DNA of 55,117 nt from a virus, in IMG/VR virus record IMGVR_UViG_3300020047_002759, one strand, 5' to 3'. Positions within the stretch are counted from its first letter, which is position 1, and each line of letters starts with the position of its first letter. Of the stretch, positions 1 to 9,466 are shown piece after piece. The translations under genes and the position numbers were made by a program. The notes under the pieces are model-generated. The model searched no databases, was not told where the DNA came from, and saw only the letters and a program-made list of their open reading frames with translations.

Positions 1-121
1 CCAATTACCAAGCCTGCGGGAACCCTAACGCCAATCACTACCCCTACAGCGACGCCTCCACCGGTTACCAAGCCTACAGACACAGCCCCCAAACCCGTAG
101 TCCCTTCAGGGGGCCTGACTC
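1..121. repeat. Terminal direct overlap; bases 1-121 are identical to 54997-55117 (circular closure or terminal redundancy of the assembly)
   Basis: The same string 'ccaattaccaagcctgcgggaaccctaacgccaatcact...ttcagggggcctgactc' is read at both ends. The reading frame is continuous across the junction. Confidence 0.9.
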
Positions 122-399
122 CCATCCCAGTCACCAAACCTGTAGCTCCTACGGGAACAGTGACGCCTGTGACTAAGCCTGTTACCACTTCAGTTGCCCC
201 AACTGGCGGTTTAACTGCTGTCAAACCAACAACCGCGCCTGTCACAAATCCAGTGATTACAGCGCCTTTGAACAACTTGCCTACAAAGCCAACCTCGACG
301 ACAATTACCCCACCAACTGGTGCGTTGACGCCTGTGCCAAAACCGACTGGTATGCTGACGCCTGTGACCAAACCAACTGGCATTCTCACGCCCGTATAG
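1..399 (+). CDS. 3' end of the wrap-around internal virion protein (continuation of 52342..55117); Pro/Thr-rich repeat tail
   Basis: Frame 1 is open from base 1 (PITKPAGTLTPITTPTATPPPVTKP...) to TAG 397-399 and is in phase with the open frame at the window end. The tracked ORF 160..399 is only its GTG-delimited tail. Confidence 0.8.
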   Translation, partial: PITKPAGTLTPITTPTATPPPVTKPTDTAPKPVVPSGGLTPIPVTKPVAPTGTVTPVTKPVTTSVAPTGGLTAVKPTTAPVTNPVITAPLNNLPTKPTSTTITPPTGALTPVPKPTGMLTPVTKPTGILTPV

Positions 400-408
400 G
401 AAGCAAAA

Positions 409-3381
409 ATGGTAGATATTGCAAAACTACAAAAGAAAAGGAATACGCTTTTTCTTGCCCCCAAACGCAAGTTGACCAGCGTTATAAAGCCTACAACGGT
501 TGACACTACGCCTGTTGCTTCTGCACCCTATGTGCCATCCTCATCAATCAACACGTCCGCTGGATCGGGCACTTCGGTAATTGCACCAACAACCACAACA
601 ACGTCAACAACATCAGCGCCCCCCACAGCGCCAGCGGCACCCAAAACCAACCCAATAACCGATACGCTTAAAAATGCCGCCGTCGTTGGCGGCACCGCTT
701 TGGCGGCCAAAGCAATTATTGATTATTACAATAAGCCTGCCGCGCCTGCAACAAATACAACAACTGCTCCTGTAACCAAGCCGACAACCTCACCAGCCGC
801 ACCAGCCGCACCAGTGGTTAAGCCCCCTACCTCGGTAGTAATACCGCCTGCGTTACAAAAAGAACAAGACGCGCGGGTTGCGGCGGCAAACACCGCAAAG
901 GCGGCGGCAGATCACAACGCGTTGGCTGGCTCGTTTGATCAGGGCACAAAGGTTGGCTTACCTACCAACACAATTCCCAACAACACCCCAGCAAGAGCAA
1001 GCACCATTGATGAGTCAATGTTTGATGATCCTCTTGATCAGGGACAAAAGCTTGGGTTAGAAGAAAACGTTATTCCCAACAACACGCCTGCTGAGGCTGG
1101 CACTATTGATGAGTCAATGTTTGATTTTGAAGATGAGTACGTCCAAGACGACTTAGGCAATATTTACAAAATGATTGACGACAAGCCCGTCTTGATTCGT
1201 TCCGCAGAAGTTGATGAAGACATTTCTGAGGAGGACTATGACCTATTTGGTTACAGCCCTGAAGAAACTGATACAGGCACTGAGCTTGGTTTAGATTACA
1301 ACACCATCCCCAACAACACCCCTGCTGAGGCCAGCACCATTGATGAGTCAATGTTCGATGATCCAACAGGAAGCGCAGAGCCCTCACCAGTGCTTGTGCA
1401 AGATGAAAATGGCAACTTATTTTTGGCTAACGCAGATGGATCCTACACGCCCGCCGACGCCGAAGGTAATGCTGTGGGTGAGCCAACATACATTGGCGGC
1501 AACGAGGAAGGTGGCGGCACAGAATACGCTGACAATAATTACGGCGACACAGCCTTAGACACTGGCGGCGATGTTGGCGGCTATGAGGCTTATGACGATG
1601 CAGGTAACTTGTGGTTTGTTGGTGATGATGGATCGTTCAATTTAATTGAGTCCGCATCCGAAGAGCCCGCGTATGAACAGCCTGCTTACGAGGACAGCAA
1701 TGCTGGTGGCTATGAAGCCCGCGACGCCGACGGAAATCTATGGCACGTTAATGAGGACGGGTCATACGACTTAGTCGAGTCCGCTTATGAAGAACCCGCT
1801 TATGAAGAGCCAGCTTACGAAGACAGCAATGCTGGTGGATATGAAGCCTACGACGACGCAGGTAACTTGTTTTTTGTTGGCGATGACGGCTCATTTACTT
1901 TGCTTGAGTCGGCAAATGAGGAGCCTGATTATGGTTATGACTTTGACCATGACCTTGGCTATTATGAAGAGCCCCCACCGTATATTGAGCCTGATTTAAG
2001 TTATTTAGATGATTTCACATACGAAGAGCCCGACTATGGGTATGACTTTGACTATGACCCCGGCTACTACGAGGAGCCGTTTTATAACGATTACGAATCC
2101 GATTTAAGCTATTTAGATGATTACAAACGAGGTGGCCAAGTGCAACAAATGAAAAAAGGCGGCTTGCCGCATTTCTACACAGGCGGCGGCGCTTATGATT
2201 CTCTAGACGAAGATTATGTGGATGACTATCAAACCAACAGCAATAGTTCAGGGTATTACAACTCAGATGACTATGACGTTAACAATTCTGATTCAAACTA
2301 TTACAACTCAAATGATTATGCTGTTAATAACGACAACTCAGAATATTACACGTCAGTCAACAACGACAACTCGAGCTATTACGATTCATACGACTTAAAA
2401 GATGACGAAGTTCTCATGGAAGATGAAGATGGCCGAAAATTTGCCATTGATTCAAATGGCGATTATCGGTTGGTGCAAGATTCAAAATTCCCAACAAATG
2501 CAGATCCAACAAAACCAACTTATCGAGCAGAAACTGGAGTAGTTAATAACGACACATCCAATTACACAGGCGTTCCAAAGACCTCAAGCGGTAGCGGCGG
2601 TAGCGGCTTCAACTATAAAGACCTTTTCAGCACAGACAACATCAAGGCACTTGCTGGCGCGGGATTGGGTGCCGCTGGTTTGATGACTCTTTACAATTCT
2701 TTTAAGGGTAATGAGTCAACTTACAAACCTGCGGCTTACACGCCACCAGCGATCCCTAAGCGCACAACTGACTTTGGTATGGGCCCAGCAAAAACAGTCA
2801 CGCCAACTATGGGCGGCTTGCAAACAATGACGCCAAGCCAGCAAGAGGAGTTGTATACAAACTTGGGCGTGGCTGGGTACGAGATGGAGCACGAAGACCC
2901 CGTTGAGGATACCGTCGAGGATCAGCCTATGGCAGACGGTGGCTTTGCACAGCCGCAAACAAGTCAATCCAACTCTTCGTATTTCACTTATGGCGTACCA
3001 CAAGACCCATTAGAGGTGCTTGGTGTGAAGCAACCCCAAGAAAAATCGCAAAACGGCGGCTTGCAAATGAGGCGAGGTGGCTTGCCCCACCTGACCGCAG
3101 ATGTGCCTATAGTTCAAGGGCGCAAAGATTACCGCCAAGGCGCGGCAGTCAATGGCAAGGGGGATGGGCAAAGCGACGACATCCCTGCCATGCTGGCTGA
3201 TGGAGAATACGTCATTGACTCTGATGTTGTTGCCGCGCTAGGCAATGGGTCAAACAAAGCTGGCGCTGAAGTGTTAGACAAGTTTCGCGAGGCCATCCGC
3301 ACTCACAAGCGATCAGCGCCAATTGGCAAAATTCCACCAAAGGCTAAATCGCCCTTGGCTTACCTGAAAGAGGCAACATAA
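409..3381 (+). CDS. Hyper-acidic, repeat-rich large virion (internal/ejection-type) protein, function unknown
   Basis: 990-aa ORF with AGGAAG about 6 nt upstream of the ATG. It has a Pro/Thr/Ala-rich N-terminus, 3x 'IPNNTPAEA.TIDESMFD' and 3x 43-aa 'GGYEA.D..GNL..V..DGS..L.ES..EEPAYE'. It also has an Asn/Tyr/Asp tract, 'YKRGGQVQQMKKGGLPH' and 'QNGGLQMRRGGLPH' motifs, and the C-terminus 'SDDIPAMLADGEYVIDSDVVAALG'. Confidence 0.75.
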   Translation: MVDIAKLQKKRNTLFLAPKRKLTSVIKPTTVDTTPVASAPYVPSSSINTSAGSGTSVIAPTTTTTSTTSAPPTAPAAPKTNPITDTLKNAAVVGGTALAAKAIIDYYNKPAAPATNTTTAPVTKPTTSPAAPAAPVVKPPTSVVIPPALQKEQDARVAAANTAKAAADHNALAGSFDQGTKVGLPTNTIPNNTPARASTIDESMFDDPLDQGQKLGLEENVIPNNTPAEAGTIDESMFDFEDEYVQDDLGNIYKMIDDKPVLIRSAEVDEDISEEDYDLFGYSPEETDTGTELGLDYNTIPNNTPAEASTIDESMFDDPTGSAEPSPVLVQDENGNLFLANADGSYTPADAEGNAVGEPTYIGGNEEGGGTEYADNNYGDTALDTGGDVGGYEAYDDAGNLWFVGDDGSFNLIESASEEPAYEQPAYEDSNAGGYEARDADGNLWHVNEDGSYDLVESAYEEPAYEEPAYEDSNAGGYEAYDDAGNLFFVGDDGSFTLLESANEEPDYGYDFDHDLGYYEEPPPYIEPDLSYLDDFTYEEPDYGYDFDYDPGYYEEPFYNDYESDLSYLDDYKRGGQVQQMKKGGLPHFYTGGGAYDSLDEDYVDDYQTNSNSSGYYNSDDYDVNNSDSNYYNSNDYAVNNDNSEYYTSVNNDNSSYYDSYDLKDDEVLMEDEDGRKFAIDSNGDYRLVQDSKFPTNADPTKPTYRAETGVVNNDTSNYTGVPKTSSGSGGSGFNYKDLFSTDNIKALAGAGLGAAGLMTLYNSFKGNESTYKPAAYTPPAIPKRTTDFGMGPAKTVTPTMGGLQTMTPSQQEELYTNLGVAGYEMEHEDPVEDTVEDQPMADGGFAQPQTSQSNSSYFTYGVPQDPLEVLGVKQPQEKSQNGGLQMRRGGLPHLTADVPIVQGRKDYRQGAAVNGKGDGQSDDIPAMLADGEYVIDSDVVAALGNGSNKAGAEVLDKFREAIRTHKRSAPIGKIPPKAKSPLAYLKEAT
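937..1362 (+). repeat. Three dispersed in-frame copies (937-1029, 1036-1125, 1270-1362) of a ~90-nt unit encoding 'D.G..(V/L)GL..N.IPNNTPA.A.TIDESMFD'
   Basis: Nucleotide and peptide repeats are read directly in CDS 409..3381. Confidence 0.8.
1576..1925 (+). repeat. About 2.7 tandem copies of a 129-nt (43-aa) unit starting at 1576, 1705 and 1834, followed by 2x 'EEPDYGYDFD.D.GYYEEP...DLSYLDD' up to about 2120
   Basis: 'GGYEAYDDAGNLWFVGDDGSFNLIESASEEPAYEQPAYEDSNA' recurs with exactly 129-nt spacing. Confidence 0.8.
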
Positions 3382-4358
3382 TGGGCATGTTTCAAGGCGA
3401 TCCCTTACCAAATATAACGACGGTCAAGACGTCGCAAGACACTGCGCCTCAGTACCTGACCGACTACCAGCAAGACGTCATAAACCTCGGAAAAAACGCC
3501 GTTGAACAAGGTGGCGTGGCTGGGCTGTCGCCGTTGACTCAGCAGGCCATCAACATGGCCCCACAGGCCGCATTTGCAGGCGCAAGCAGTGCTGGCACAG
3601 GGCAAGACCTTTTGACCCAAGCTGGGTACACAGGGTCAAATCAGATTGTTGAAAACTACATGAATCCATACACAAAAAATGTGGTGGATGAGATGGGGCG
3701 GCTTTCATACAAAAACTCCCGCGAGAACGTATTCCCTGCGCTGGACGCCGCATCTATTGGATCAGGCAATTTTGGCTCAGGCCGCATGGCCAACGTAACT
3801 GGGCAAACGCTTGCAGACATTCAAGGTGCTTTGACGGGCCAGCAGTATGGTGCACTGAGCAAAGGTTACACAGATGCCATGAGTGCGGCGTCAAACGACC
3901 TCAACCGTTCGGTGCAAGCTGGCTCTGCTCTTAATCAAACAGCCCAAACGCAAAATCAAATTGGCACAACTGGTCTCAAAACCATGACCGAATTAGGTGG
4001 CCTTGCGCAAGCAAACGAGCAGGCTAAGCTAGATTACCCAATGAGTCAGGCAACAAAGTTTTCACAGCTAATGCAGGGCCAATACACGCCCGTAGGGAAG
4101 ACGTCCTCTGACACAAGCCCCGGCTCCGCTGGCCAGTACGGCAACAGCGGTCTACAAGACATGATTGCGCTGTACGCCCTGTACCAAGCAATCAACGATC
4201 CAAAAACCAAGCCATCTGAACTGTCAGGACTTATTAACCCACCCAATAAGGCTGAGGGTGGCTCTATCACTTCAACGGGTTCAGAAGTTCCCGAGGGCGC
4301 TGTTTTTTATGATGAAGACGGCAATTTTTATGACGCCGAAGGCAACCTAATAGGATAA
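3381..4358 (+). CDS. Internal virion protein, function unknown
   Basis: 325-aa ORF whose ATG overlaps the upstream stop (TAATG). It is Gln/Gly/Ala/Ser-rich and contains 'YMNPYTKNVVDEM' and 'GSGNFGSGRMANV'. Its C-terminus 'NKAEGGSITS...VFYDEDGNFYDAEGNLIG' shares the GG and D..GN motifs of neighbouring proteins. Confidence 0.7.
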   Translation: MGMFQGDPLPNITTVKTSQDTAPQYLTDYQQDVINLGKNAVEQGGVAGLSPLTQQAINMAPQAAFAGASSAGTGQDLLTQAGYTGSNQIVENYMNPYTKNVVDEMGRLSYKNSRENVFPALDAASIGSGNFGSGRMANVTGQTLADIQGALTGQQYGALSKGYTDAMSAASNDLNRSVQAGSALNQTAQTQNQIGTTGLKTMTELGGLAQANEQAKLDYPMSQATKFSQLMQGQYTPVGKTSSDTSPGSAGQYGNSGLQDMIALYALYQAINDPKTKPSELSGLINPPNKAEGGSITSTGSEVPEGAVFYDEDGNFYDAEGNLIG

Positions 4359-4362
4359 AAAA

Positions 4363-6153
4363 ATGGCAGTCATACCTGACGAATTTCAAGCTCCTCAAGG
4401 CGGCTTAAGCCAAGCCGCGTCACCCGCTGAAAACCCAACAAGGGTGGCACCAAATGCCACCATTGATGAGGAAGCGCCTGTTGATCCCATAGCAAAAGCA
4501 ATGGAGAAGATGAGCGCAGACAGAGCGGCTCTTGATGCGCAAATTGCAAAGCTGTCTAAATCATTAGAAGCCCGCCAAAACTTACCGTTCAACCCCATGT
4601 ATTTGGACATAGCAAGAGCCGCCGCAAAGCCTGCGTCTACGGGTAGCGCAATTGAAGCTCTTGGAAATATTGGCGGCGCTTATGGTGATGCGTACCTAAA
4701 AGAAAATCAACGTCAAATCGACATTGGCAAGGATCAACTTGATTTGGCAAAGCAACGCCAAGCGTTGAGCCAAGTCGGGCTTGAGCAACAGTTGATGGCT
4801 AACTTTGTCAGAGGCCCACAAGCTAAGCCAATGCCTACTGGCGCTTCCGCTGGCGCTCCTCCCGTTGCGCCCACCCTTGGTGGTGCATCCACCGCACCGC
4901 CTGCGCTTGCGCAATCCCCCGCTCAAGCCGCGCCAGCAAAGCCAGCAGGCGCTGGTGCCGCACCACCCCCTCCTGACGTTATGCAGTCAGGGCGCATGCG
5001 CCGCATCACTGACGCAGACATTGCTATGTATAACGTGGTAGCCCCTACGGTTGGCAAAGCCCTTGCAGATCTGTCCAAGTTACAGCGTGATGCGCAAGTG
5101 GTAAGTACAGAGGGTATTTGGGACACCATCTCAAGTTCATGGGTGGTGAAGTTCCAAGCAAGCATTAAGCGCCCCATACGCGTGCTTGGCGATCAGGAAA
5201 TGACCAAAGACACGTCTGCTCAATACGATCAGATGATGGATAAGCTTGAAAGAAGCGGTGCCTCCGAAGAGCAAAAAGATCAAGCGGTTGCGGAGTTTGC
5301 CGCCGCAAATGGTCTTGGTGGCGTGCGCAAAACTGCTGACGGTCAAATTACAGGTTTCCAAAGCGCGTCACAGAAAAAACTTTCTGAAAAAGAGTCCGAG
5401 CAGGCCATGCTGGACAAGCGCGAGGAAAACAAAGCAAGCCGCGTAAGAGTTTACGACGCTGGAACGCGGGCTCAGGCAACAAAACAGGCCGCTCAAACCA
5501 CTTACAGGTTGGCAACCGACAAAGAGACGATGGGCGCTTTTGGCGTGCTGAACAAGCCCGGCGTCCTGAACGCAATTGCAATTGCCGTTGCCCAATTCAC
5601 AGACAGGGGCTCCTTTGGGGCCGCAGGTTTAGAGCAGGCCGTACGCAATGCAGGAGGCACCGAGAAAGAAATCCAAGCCGCTTCGTATGTTGTTTCGTTA
5701 CAGGGCCAGCTACAACTTATGGCGGCGCAAGACTACCTCAAAGGTCAAGGCGCAGTCTCTGATGCTGAGCGCCGCTTGATTGCAAACCTTGTTGGCTCAT
5801 TGTCAGACACACCCAAATCTGTGGCCATGAAAGCCAAGGTTATTGAGGCGCGTGCCAATTTTGACCAACTCGTTGCAGACGCTTATTACGAGTATGAACA
5901 GAAAAACCCCACAGGTACAGTCCAAGACTTTTATCGCCAAAAAGACGGCCCATTCAAAACATTGTTTAAAGAATACGATGAGCATATGAGCGGCCTGTAC
6001 TCGCATTATTTTGGGACAAGCAAGCCAGCGGCAAAAGCCCCTCCTGCGTCTGCCCCTCCTGCGTCTGCGCCCGCCCCTGCGGCAAAAGCCCCGCCAAGAG
6101 CCCAAGGGCCTCTTGAGAGGCGTCTCAATGAATCTAAGAAAGCGGGTTCATAA
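4363..6153 (+). CDS. Internal virion protein (coiled-coil segments, Ala/Pro-rich linkers), function unknown
   Basis: 596-aa ORF packed tightly between its neighbours. It has an 'APPVAPTLGGASTAPPALAQSPAQAAPAKPAGAGAAPPPP' linker, 'KGQGAVSDAERRLI', and a C-terminal 'AKAPPASAPPASAPAPAAKAPP'. Confidence 0.7.
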   Translation: MAVIPDEFQAPQGGLSQAASPAENPTRVAPNATIDEEAPVDPIAKAMEKMSADRAALDAQIAKLSKSLEARQNLPFNPMYLDIARAAAKPASTGSAIEALGNIGGAYGDAYLKENQRQIDIGKDQLDLAKQRQALSQVGLEQQLMANFVRGPQAKPMPTGASAGAPPVAPTLGGASTAPPALAQSPAQAAPAKPAGAGAAPPPPDVMQSGRMRRITDADIAMYNVVAPTVGKALADLSKLQRDAQVVSTEGIWDTISSSWVVKFQASIKRPIRVLGDQEMTKDTSAQYDQMMDKLERSGASEEQKDQAVAEFAAANGLGGVRKTADGQITGFQSASQKKLSEKESEQAMLDKREENKASRVRVYDAGTRAQATKQAAQTTYRLATDKETMGAFGVLNKPGVLNAIAIAVAQFTDRGSFGAAGLEQAVRNAGGTEKEIQAASYVVSLQGQLQLMAAQDYLKGQGAVSDAERRLIANLVGSLSDTPKSVAMKAKVIEARANFDQLVADAYYEYEQKNPTGTVQDFYRQKDGPFKTLFKEYDEHMSGLYSHYFGTSKPAAKAPPASAPPASAPAPAAKAPPRAQGPLERRLNESKKAGS

Positions 6154-8039
6154 TGGACTTTGCCAAGCTATCGCCCGAACAAAAACAATACGCCTTAGCA
6201 ATTGCTGATAAGGCAAGGGAGATGGGCGTTGACCCTGAATTAGCTCTTGCTGTTGCTTTTCGTGAGAGTTCATTTAACCCCAATGCTCTTGGCCAACCAA
6301 TTAAGGGCGACCCAAACCGTCGAGCAATTGGTTTGATGCAAATAGATCCTGTCAACGCCAAGGGCCTCAAGATGTCAATTGAGGACTTGGCAGACCCTGA
6401 AAAAAATATTGCGGCAGGCATACAAATCCTCAGAGAAAACTTGGACAGGTATAAAGGGAACACACGCGCCGCGTTGGTTGCCTACAACTCAAGTCTTGCA
6501 ACCGCAAAAAAATACTTGGCGTCCAATGAAGACTTTTCGACCTTGCCTGCCGAAACAATCAAGTACCTCGAAGACATTGATGCTATACACAATACAGACG
6601 CGGTGGGCTACGCAAACAAGGGTGACTTGACGCCCGCGCAAGGCGGTATCAAGTTGGCGGGATCAAGCAAGTTTGGTGAGCTACCCCCACCTGAGGAGGC
6701 TGAAGCGCCAATTGAGGACGTCACTCAATCACAGGAGCCGCCACCAAAGTTTGGATTTATTGATGAAAATAATGTAGTGGGGCAGGCAGAGGAGGCGGCA
6801 AAAAACCCGCCCGAGCCAACGATGTATGAAAGTGCCAACAAAACGGCCACCGACATATACAAGGCCGCCAAAGAAAATCCTGAGCTAACTGGGGCTGTTG
6901 CCGCAAGTGGAGCCGCAGGCGTATTGCTTGGCCAGTATGGTAAAGACACGTTGGATAAACAAACTGAGGCTCTTGACAAAGCCAAGCGTGATTTGTTTTT
7001 GGCTGAAAAACAGCGCGAGGTTGGCAACAGAAATTCCTTTCGATTTACAGGCGAGTCCACTCAAGCGTTGGATGAGCTTGATGATCTGTTGGCTCGGCGC
7101 AAGCAAGACGTGGCCTTGCGCGAAGAAGATCTTCGCAAGCTACAAGCCCAATTGGCAGACAAAGCGCCGCCTGACCTCAAGGGTGCCCAAAAGTGGACGA
7201 GCACCATGGGTGGCAATGACGTGCCTTTGGAGCAGAAGATGCAGGCCGAGAACATGCGGTCAAACAATCCAAAGGGTGGCCAAGCGATCATTGATCAAAA
7301 CACAGCCGCCAAGCAGAGGCTTGAAAAGATGGGCTTGGGCAATTTCAGTTTGACCGAGCCCGCCCCGGGTCAACTCGCCGTCCCCGACGACATTGCCAAA
7401 GAGCGCAACGCCAAGCTCCTCGCTGAACAACAGTCCCAAAGCAAAGCCGTTTTGGAGGCCGAGCGTAAAGCAGAGGTTGCCCGTCAGGAAATGGCCGAGA
7501 CCCAACGCGCACGCGAACAAGCCGCCAAAGCCCACGCAAGAAACATGGCGACCTCAAGCAGAACAGCCGCTGAGCTAGGCGGGGATGTTGAGGTGGCTAG
7601 GGCTATGGAAGCTGATGCGGCAAAACGTGCGCCAACAGGGCTAGGTAAGGCGGGCGTGTTTGCTGGCAAGGCGTTTGGCAAGACCATAGGGGCTCTGTCG
7701 GGTGTTGCGCTACCGCTGGCCGCAGATGAGGCGGCCAAGAGATTCAACAGCGGGGATACGGTTGGGGGCGTTCTTTCAGCCGCTGAGGCGGTGTCGGCGG
7801 CGTTGGCTATGTTGCCCCCCGGCACCCCGATCACAGCCGCCCTGAAGGCCGTAGGCATTGGCGGTGGCCTTGCCGTCGCGGTCATTGATTATTTCAGAAG
7901 CAGAGAGAGCAAGCCTGCTAAGCCAGCGCCTAAGCCAGCCAATACACCGCCAAGACCGCCAAGTGGCGGGTTGAGCCAGTACCAAGAAAGAAAGCCCAAC
8001 GGCATCTACAAAGACGCCTATGGGCGGTATCATGGGTGA
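6153..8039 (+). CDS. Internal virion/ejection protein with an N-terminal lytic transglycosylase (SLT, GH23-like) domain and C-terminal hydrophobic segments
   Basis: The N-terminus 'GVDPELALAVAFRESSFNPNALG...AIGLMQIDPVNAKGL...AAGIQILRENLDRY...ALVAYNS' matches the SLT pattern (catalytic E-S, GLMQ, AYN). A charged coiled-coil middle is followed by Gly/Ala/Val-rich hydrophobic stretches near the C-terminus. It is the last gene before a strong terminator. Confidence 0.85.
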   Translation: MDFAKLSPEQKQYALAIADKAREMGVDPELALAVAFRESSFNPNALGQPIKGDPNRRAIGLMQIDPVNAKGLKMSIEDLADPEKNIAAGIQILRENLDRYKGNTRAALVAYNSSLATAKKYLASNEDFSTLPAETIKYLEDIDAIHNTDAVGYANKGDLTPAQGGIKLAGSSKFGELPPPEEAEAPIEDVTQSQEPPPKFGFIDENNVVGQAEEAAKNPPEPTMYESANKTATDIYKAAKENPELTGAVAASGAAGVLLGQYGKDTLDKQTEALDKAKRDLFLAEKQREVGNRNSFRFTGESTQALDELDDLLARRKQDVALREEDLRKLQAQLADKAPPDLKGAQKWTSTMGGNDVPLEQKMQAENMRSNNPKGGQAIIDQNTAAKQRLEKMGLGNFSLTEPAPGQLAVPDDIAKERNAKLLAEQQSQSKAVLEAERKAEVARQEMAETQRAREQAAKAHARNMATSSRTAAELGGDVEVARAMEADAAKRAPTGLGKAGVFAGKAFGKTIGALSGVALPLAADEAAKRFNSGDTVGGVLSAAEAVSAALAMLPPGTPITAALKAVGIGGGLAVAVIDYFRSRESKPAKPAPKPANTPPRPPSGGLSQYQERKPNGIYKDAYGRYHG

Positions 8040-8059
8040 AGCAGTTGCCTGCTCCTTTG

Positions 8060-8083
8060 CCCCACTTCGGTGGGGTTTTTTTT
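8060..8083. terminator. Bidirectional rho-independent terminator between convergent late (+) and early-left (-) operons
   Basis: CCCCAC-TTCG-GTGGGG hairpin (8060-8075) is followed by T8 (8076-8083). The minus-strand gene 8082..8321 ends immediately next to it. Confidence 0.85.
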
Positions 8084-8321
8084 ATCTGTATTTTTTCAAC
8101 TTTTCTTCGGCCCACCCATTTAATTGAGCGCCGACATTCTCATTCAAGCTTGAAACAAACGAAATTGCCTCACGGTACGCCCGCTCAGTCTTTTCGTACT
8201 CCACTGCCTTTTCCAATTTTTCCGCAAACTGGATGTAGTCAATGTCGGTGGCCAACACCGCGCCTACACGCGGGTGACCACTGTGAAAAAATATCTCTCT
8301 GATTTTGCTTTCGGTCAGCAT
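8082..8321 (-). CDS. Hypothetical protein (last gene of the leftward operon)
   Basis: 79-aa ORF whose stop abuts the terminator. Its composition looks like a natural protein. Confidence 0.6.
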   Translation of the reverse strand: MLTESKIREIFFHSGHPRVGAVLATDIDYIQFAEKLEKAVEYEKTERAYREAISFVSSLNENVGAQLNGWAEEKLKKYR

Positions 8322-8327
8322 ACAGCC

Positions 8328-9107
8328 TCACTTGTGTTTGTTTTTCAATTGCCAAAATTGGAGCAGGTGCATGAACATGTCCCACCCGCGCTCTAGATCC
8401 TCTTGTGACCACTCCTTGACCACCACCAAGCCCTTGACACTGCGACTGACAAATACATTGGCACAGCGGGCGTTGTGGAGCCCCAAACCAATTCTGTACG
8501 CCGCTAACTGCATCAGGTGCTCGTCGTATCCCTCGACCTTTGCTGGGTCAAAGAACTCTTTAGTTTTAATATCTATGACAACGCCGCCGTCTGCTGTCGA
8601 GTGCAGGTCACACTTTCCACCAAAACCATGCTCATTGGCAAACGCCTTTTCGGCTATCCAAGACTGAAAACCAAAGGCTTCAGTTATACGGTGGTCAGCA
8701 CCAACAACGTGTTCGACGTGCTGGGTTGCAGATGCGGGCTTACCCTCATAAAAGGATTGGATTGACGTGTGGATGTTTGTGCCTGCATCAGCCGCTGAGC
8801 GCCCCTGCTCCTTGCTGTCCTCGAGGATCCGCGCTATGTAGTCGTCCTCAGGCTCGTTATCACGCTTAGGGAGCGTCAGAGCGGCCAGCAAGACCTGCTT
8901 CTGTAGCCACATGGTCAATGCAGGCTTAGCGGCCACATTGAGCACCGTGGTGACGCTGGGCACCAAGCTGAGCTTGCGGGCATCCCGCAGGGTTGTGTTG
9001 CGTTGGCCACCCTTGACGGCCTCCACGGTGTACATGGGCGCACCCTCGCGGGTGTACCAATGGTTTGACTCGCTTGCGCGTGGTTCTTTTGCTTCAATGG
9101 TCATCAT
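8328..9107 (-). CDS. PD-(D/E)XK-family nuclease (recombination exonuclease-like)
   Basis: 259 aa. 'FGGKCDLHSTADGGVVIDIKTKE' gives the D...(D/E)-x-K core. The N-terminal 'PSVTTVLNV...ALTMWLQKQ' is typical of RecB/Cas4-like phage exonucleases. It shares an operon with the SSB. Confidence 0.7.
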   Translation of the reverse strand: MMTIEAKEPRASESNHWYTREGAPMYTVEAVKGGQRNTTLRDARKLSLVPSVTTVLNVAAKPALTMWLQKQVLLAALTLPKRDNEPEDDYIARILEDSKEQGRSAADAGTNIHTSIQSFYEGKPASATQHVEHVVGADHRITEAFGFQSWIAEKAFANEHGFGGKCDLHSTADGGVVIDIKTKEFFDPAKVEGYDEHLMQLAAYRIGLGLHNARCANVFVSRSVKGLVVVKEWSQEDLERGWDMFMHLLQFWQLKNKHK

Positions 9108-9466
9108 CCAACCCTCATTAATTCAACCGTGCGTGCGCTAAAGTTGGTTGTTTGTGTTGCGTTTCCGTTGCCCCATAAACCGCAGGCCGTAGATGAAATG
9201 GACTTACCCAAGGTGTGCACATCAAAATTGCCGTCAGGAATAATTGCAACTCCACCAACTTCCAAATTCATCAGATAAGGCCGCACGTAATTTGCAAGCG
9301 CCCCATGCTCATACTTGCTTGGCGACCTTTTTCTTTTGATTTCTTCTTGTTTGACCTCAAGGTTGCCAATAAGGTTCCCATCAAAATCAATAATTGCATA
9401 TTTCACTTTTAACGCGTTAAGCAACTTAACTGCTTTTTCCAATGTGGTTTTTTGTATATCGCTCAT
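9104..9466 (-). CDS. Hypothetical protein
   Basis: 120-aa ORF with 4-nt overlaps to both neighbours (translational coupling). Confidence 0.65.
   Translation of the reverse strand: MSDIQKTTLEKAVKLLNALKVKYAIIDFDGNLIGNLEVKQEEIKRKRSPSKYEHGALANYVRPYLMNLEVGGVAIIPDGNFDVHTLGKSISSTACGLWGNGNATQTTNFSARTVELMRVG

Noticed and set aside
160-399. Tracked 79-aa ORF as an independent GTG-start gene
   Set aside because: The same frame is open from base 1 and is in phase with the open frame at the window end. It is the tail of the wrap-around gene 52342..55117 + 122..399.
6898-7353. 151-aa alternative-frame ORF inside the SLT gene, and likewise 42102..42548 inside the fibre gene
   Set aside because: They are same-strand out-of-frame ORFs with low-complexity Arg/Trp/Cys-rich translations, fully nested in well-supported genes.
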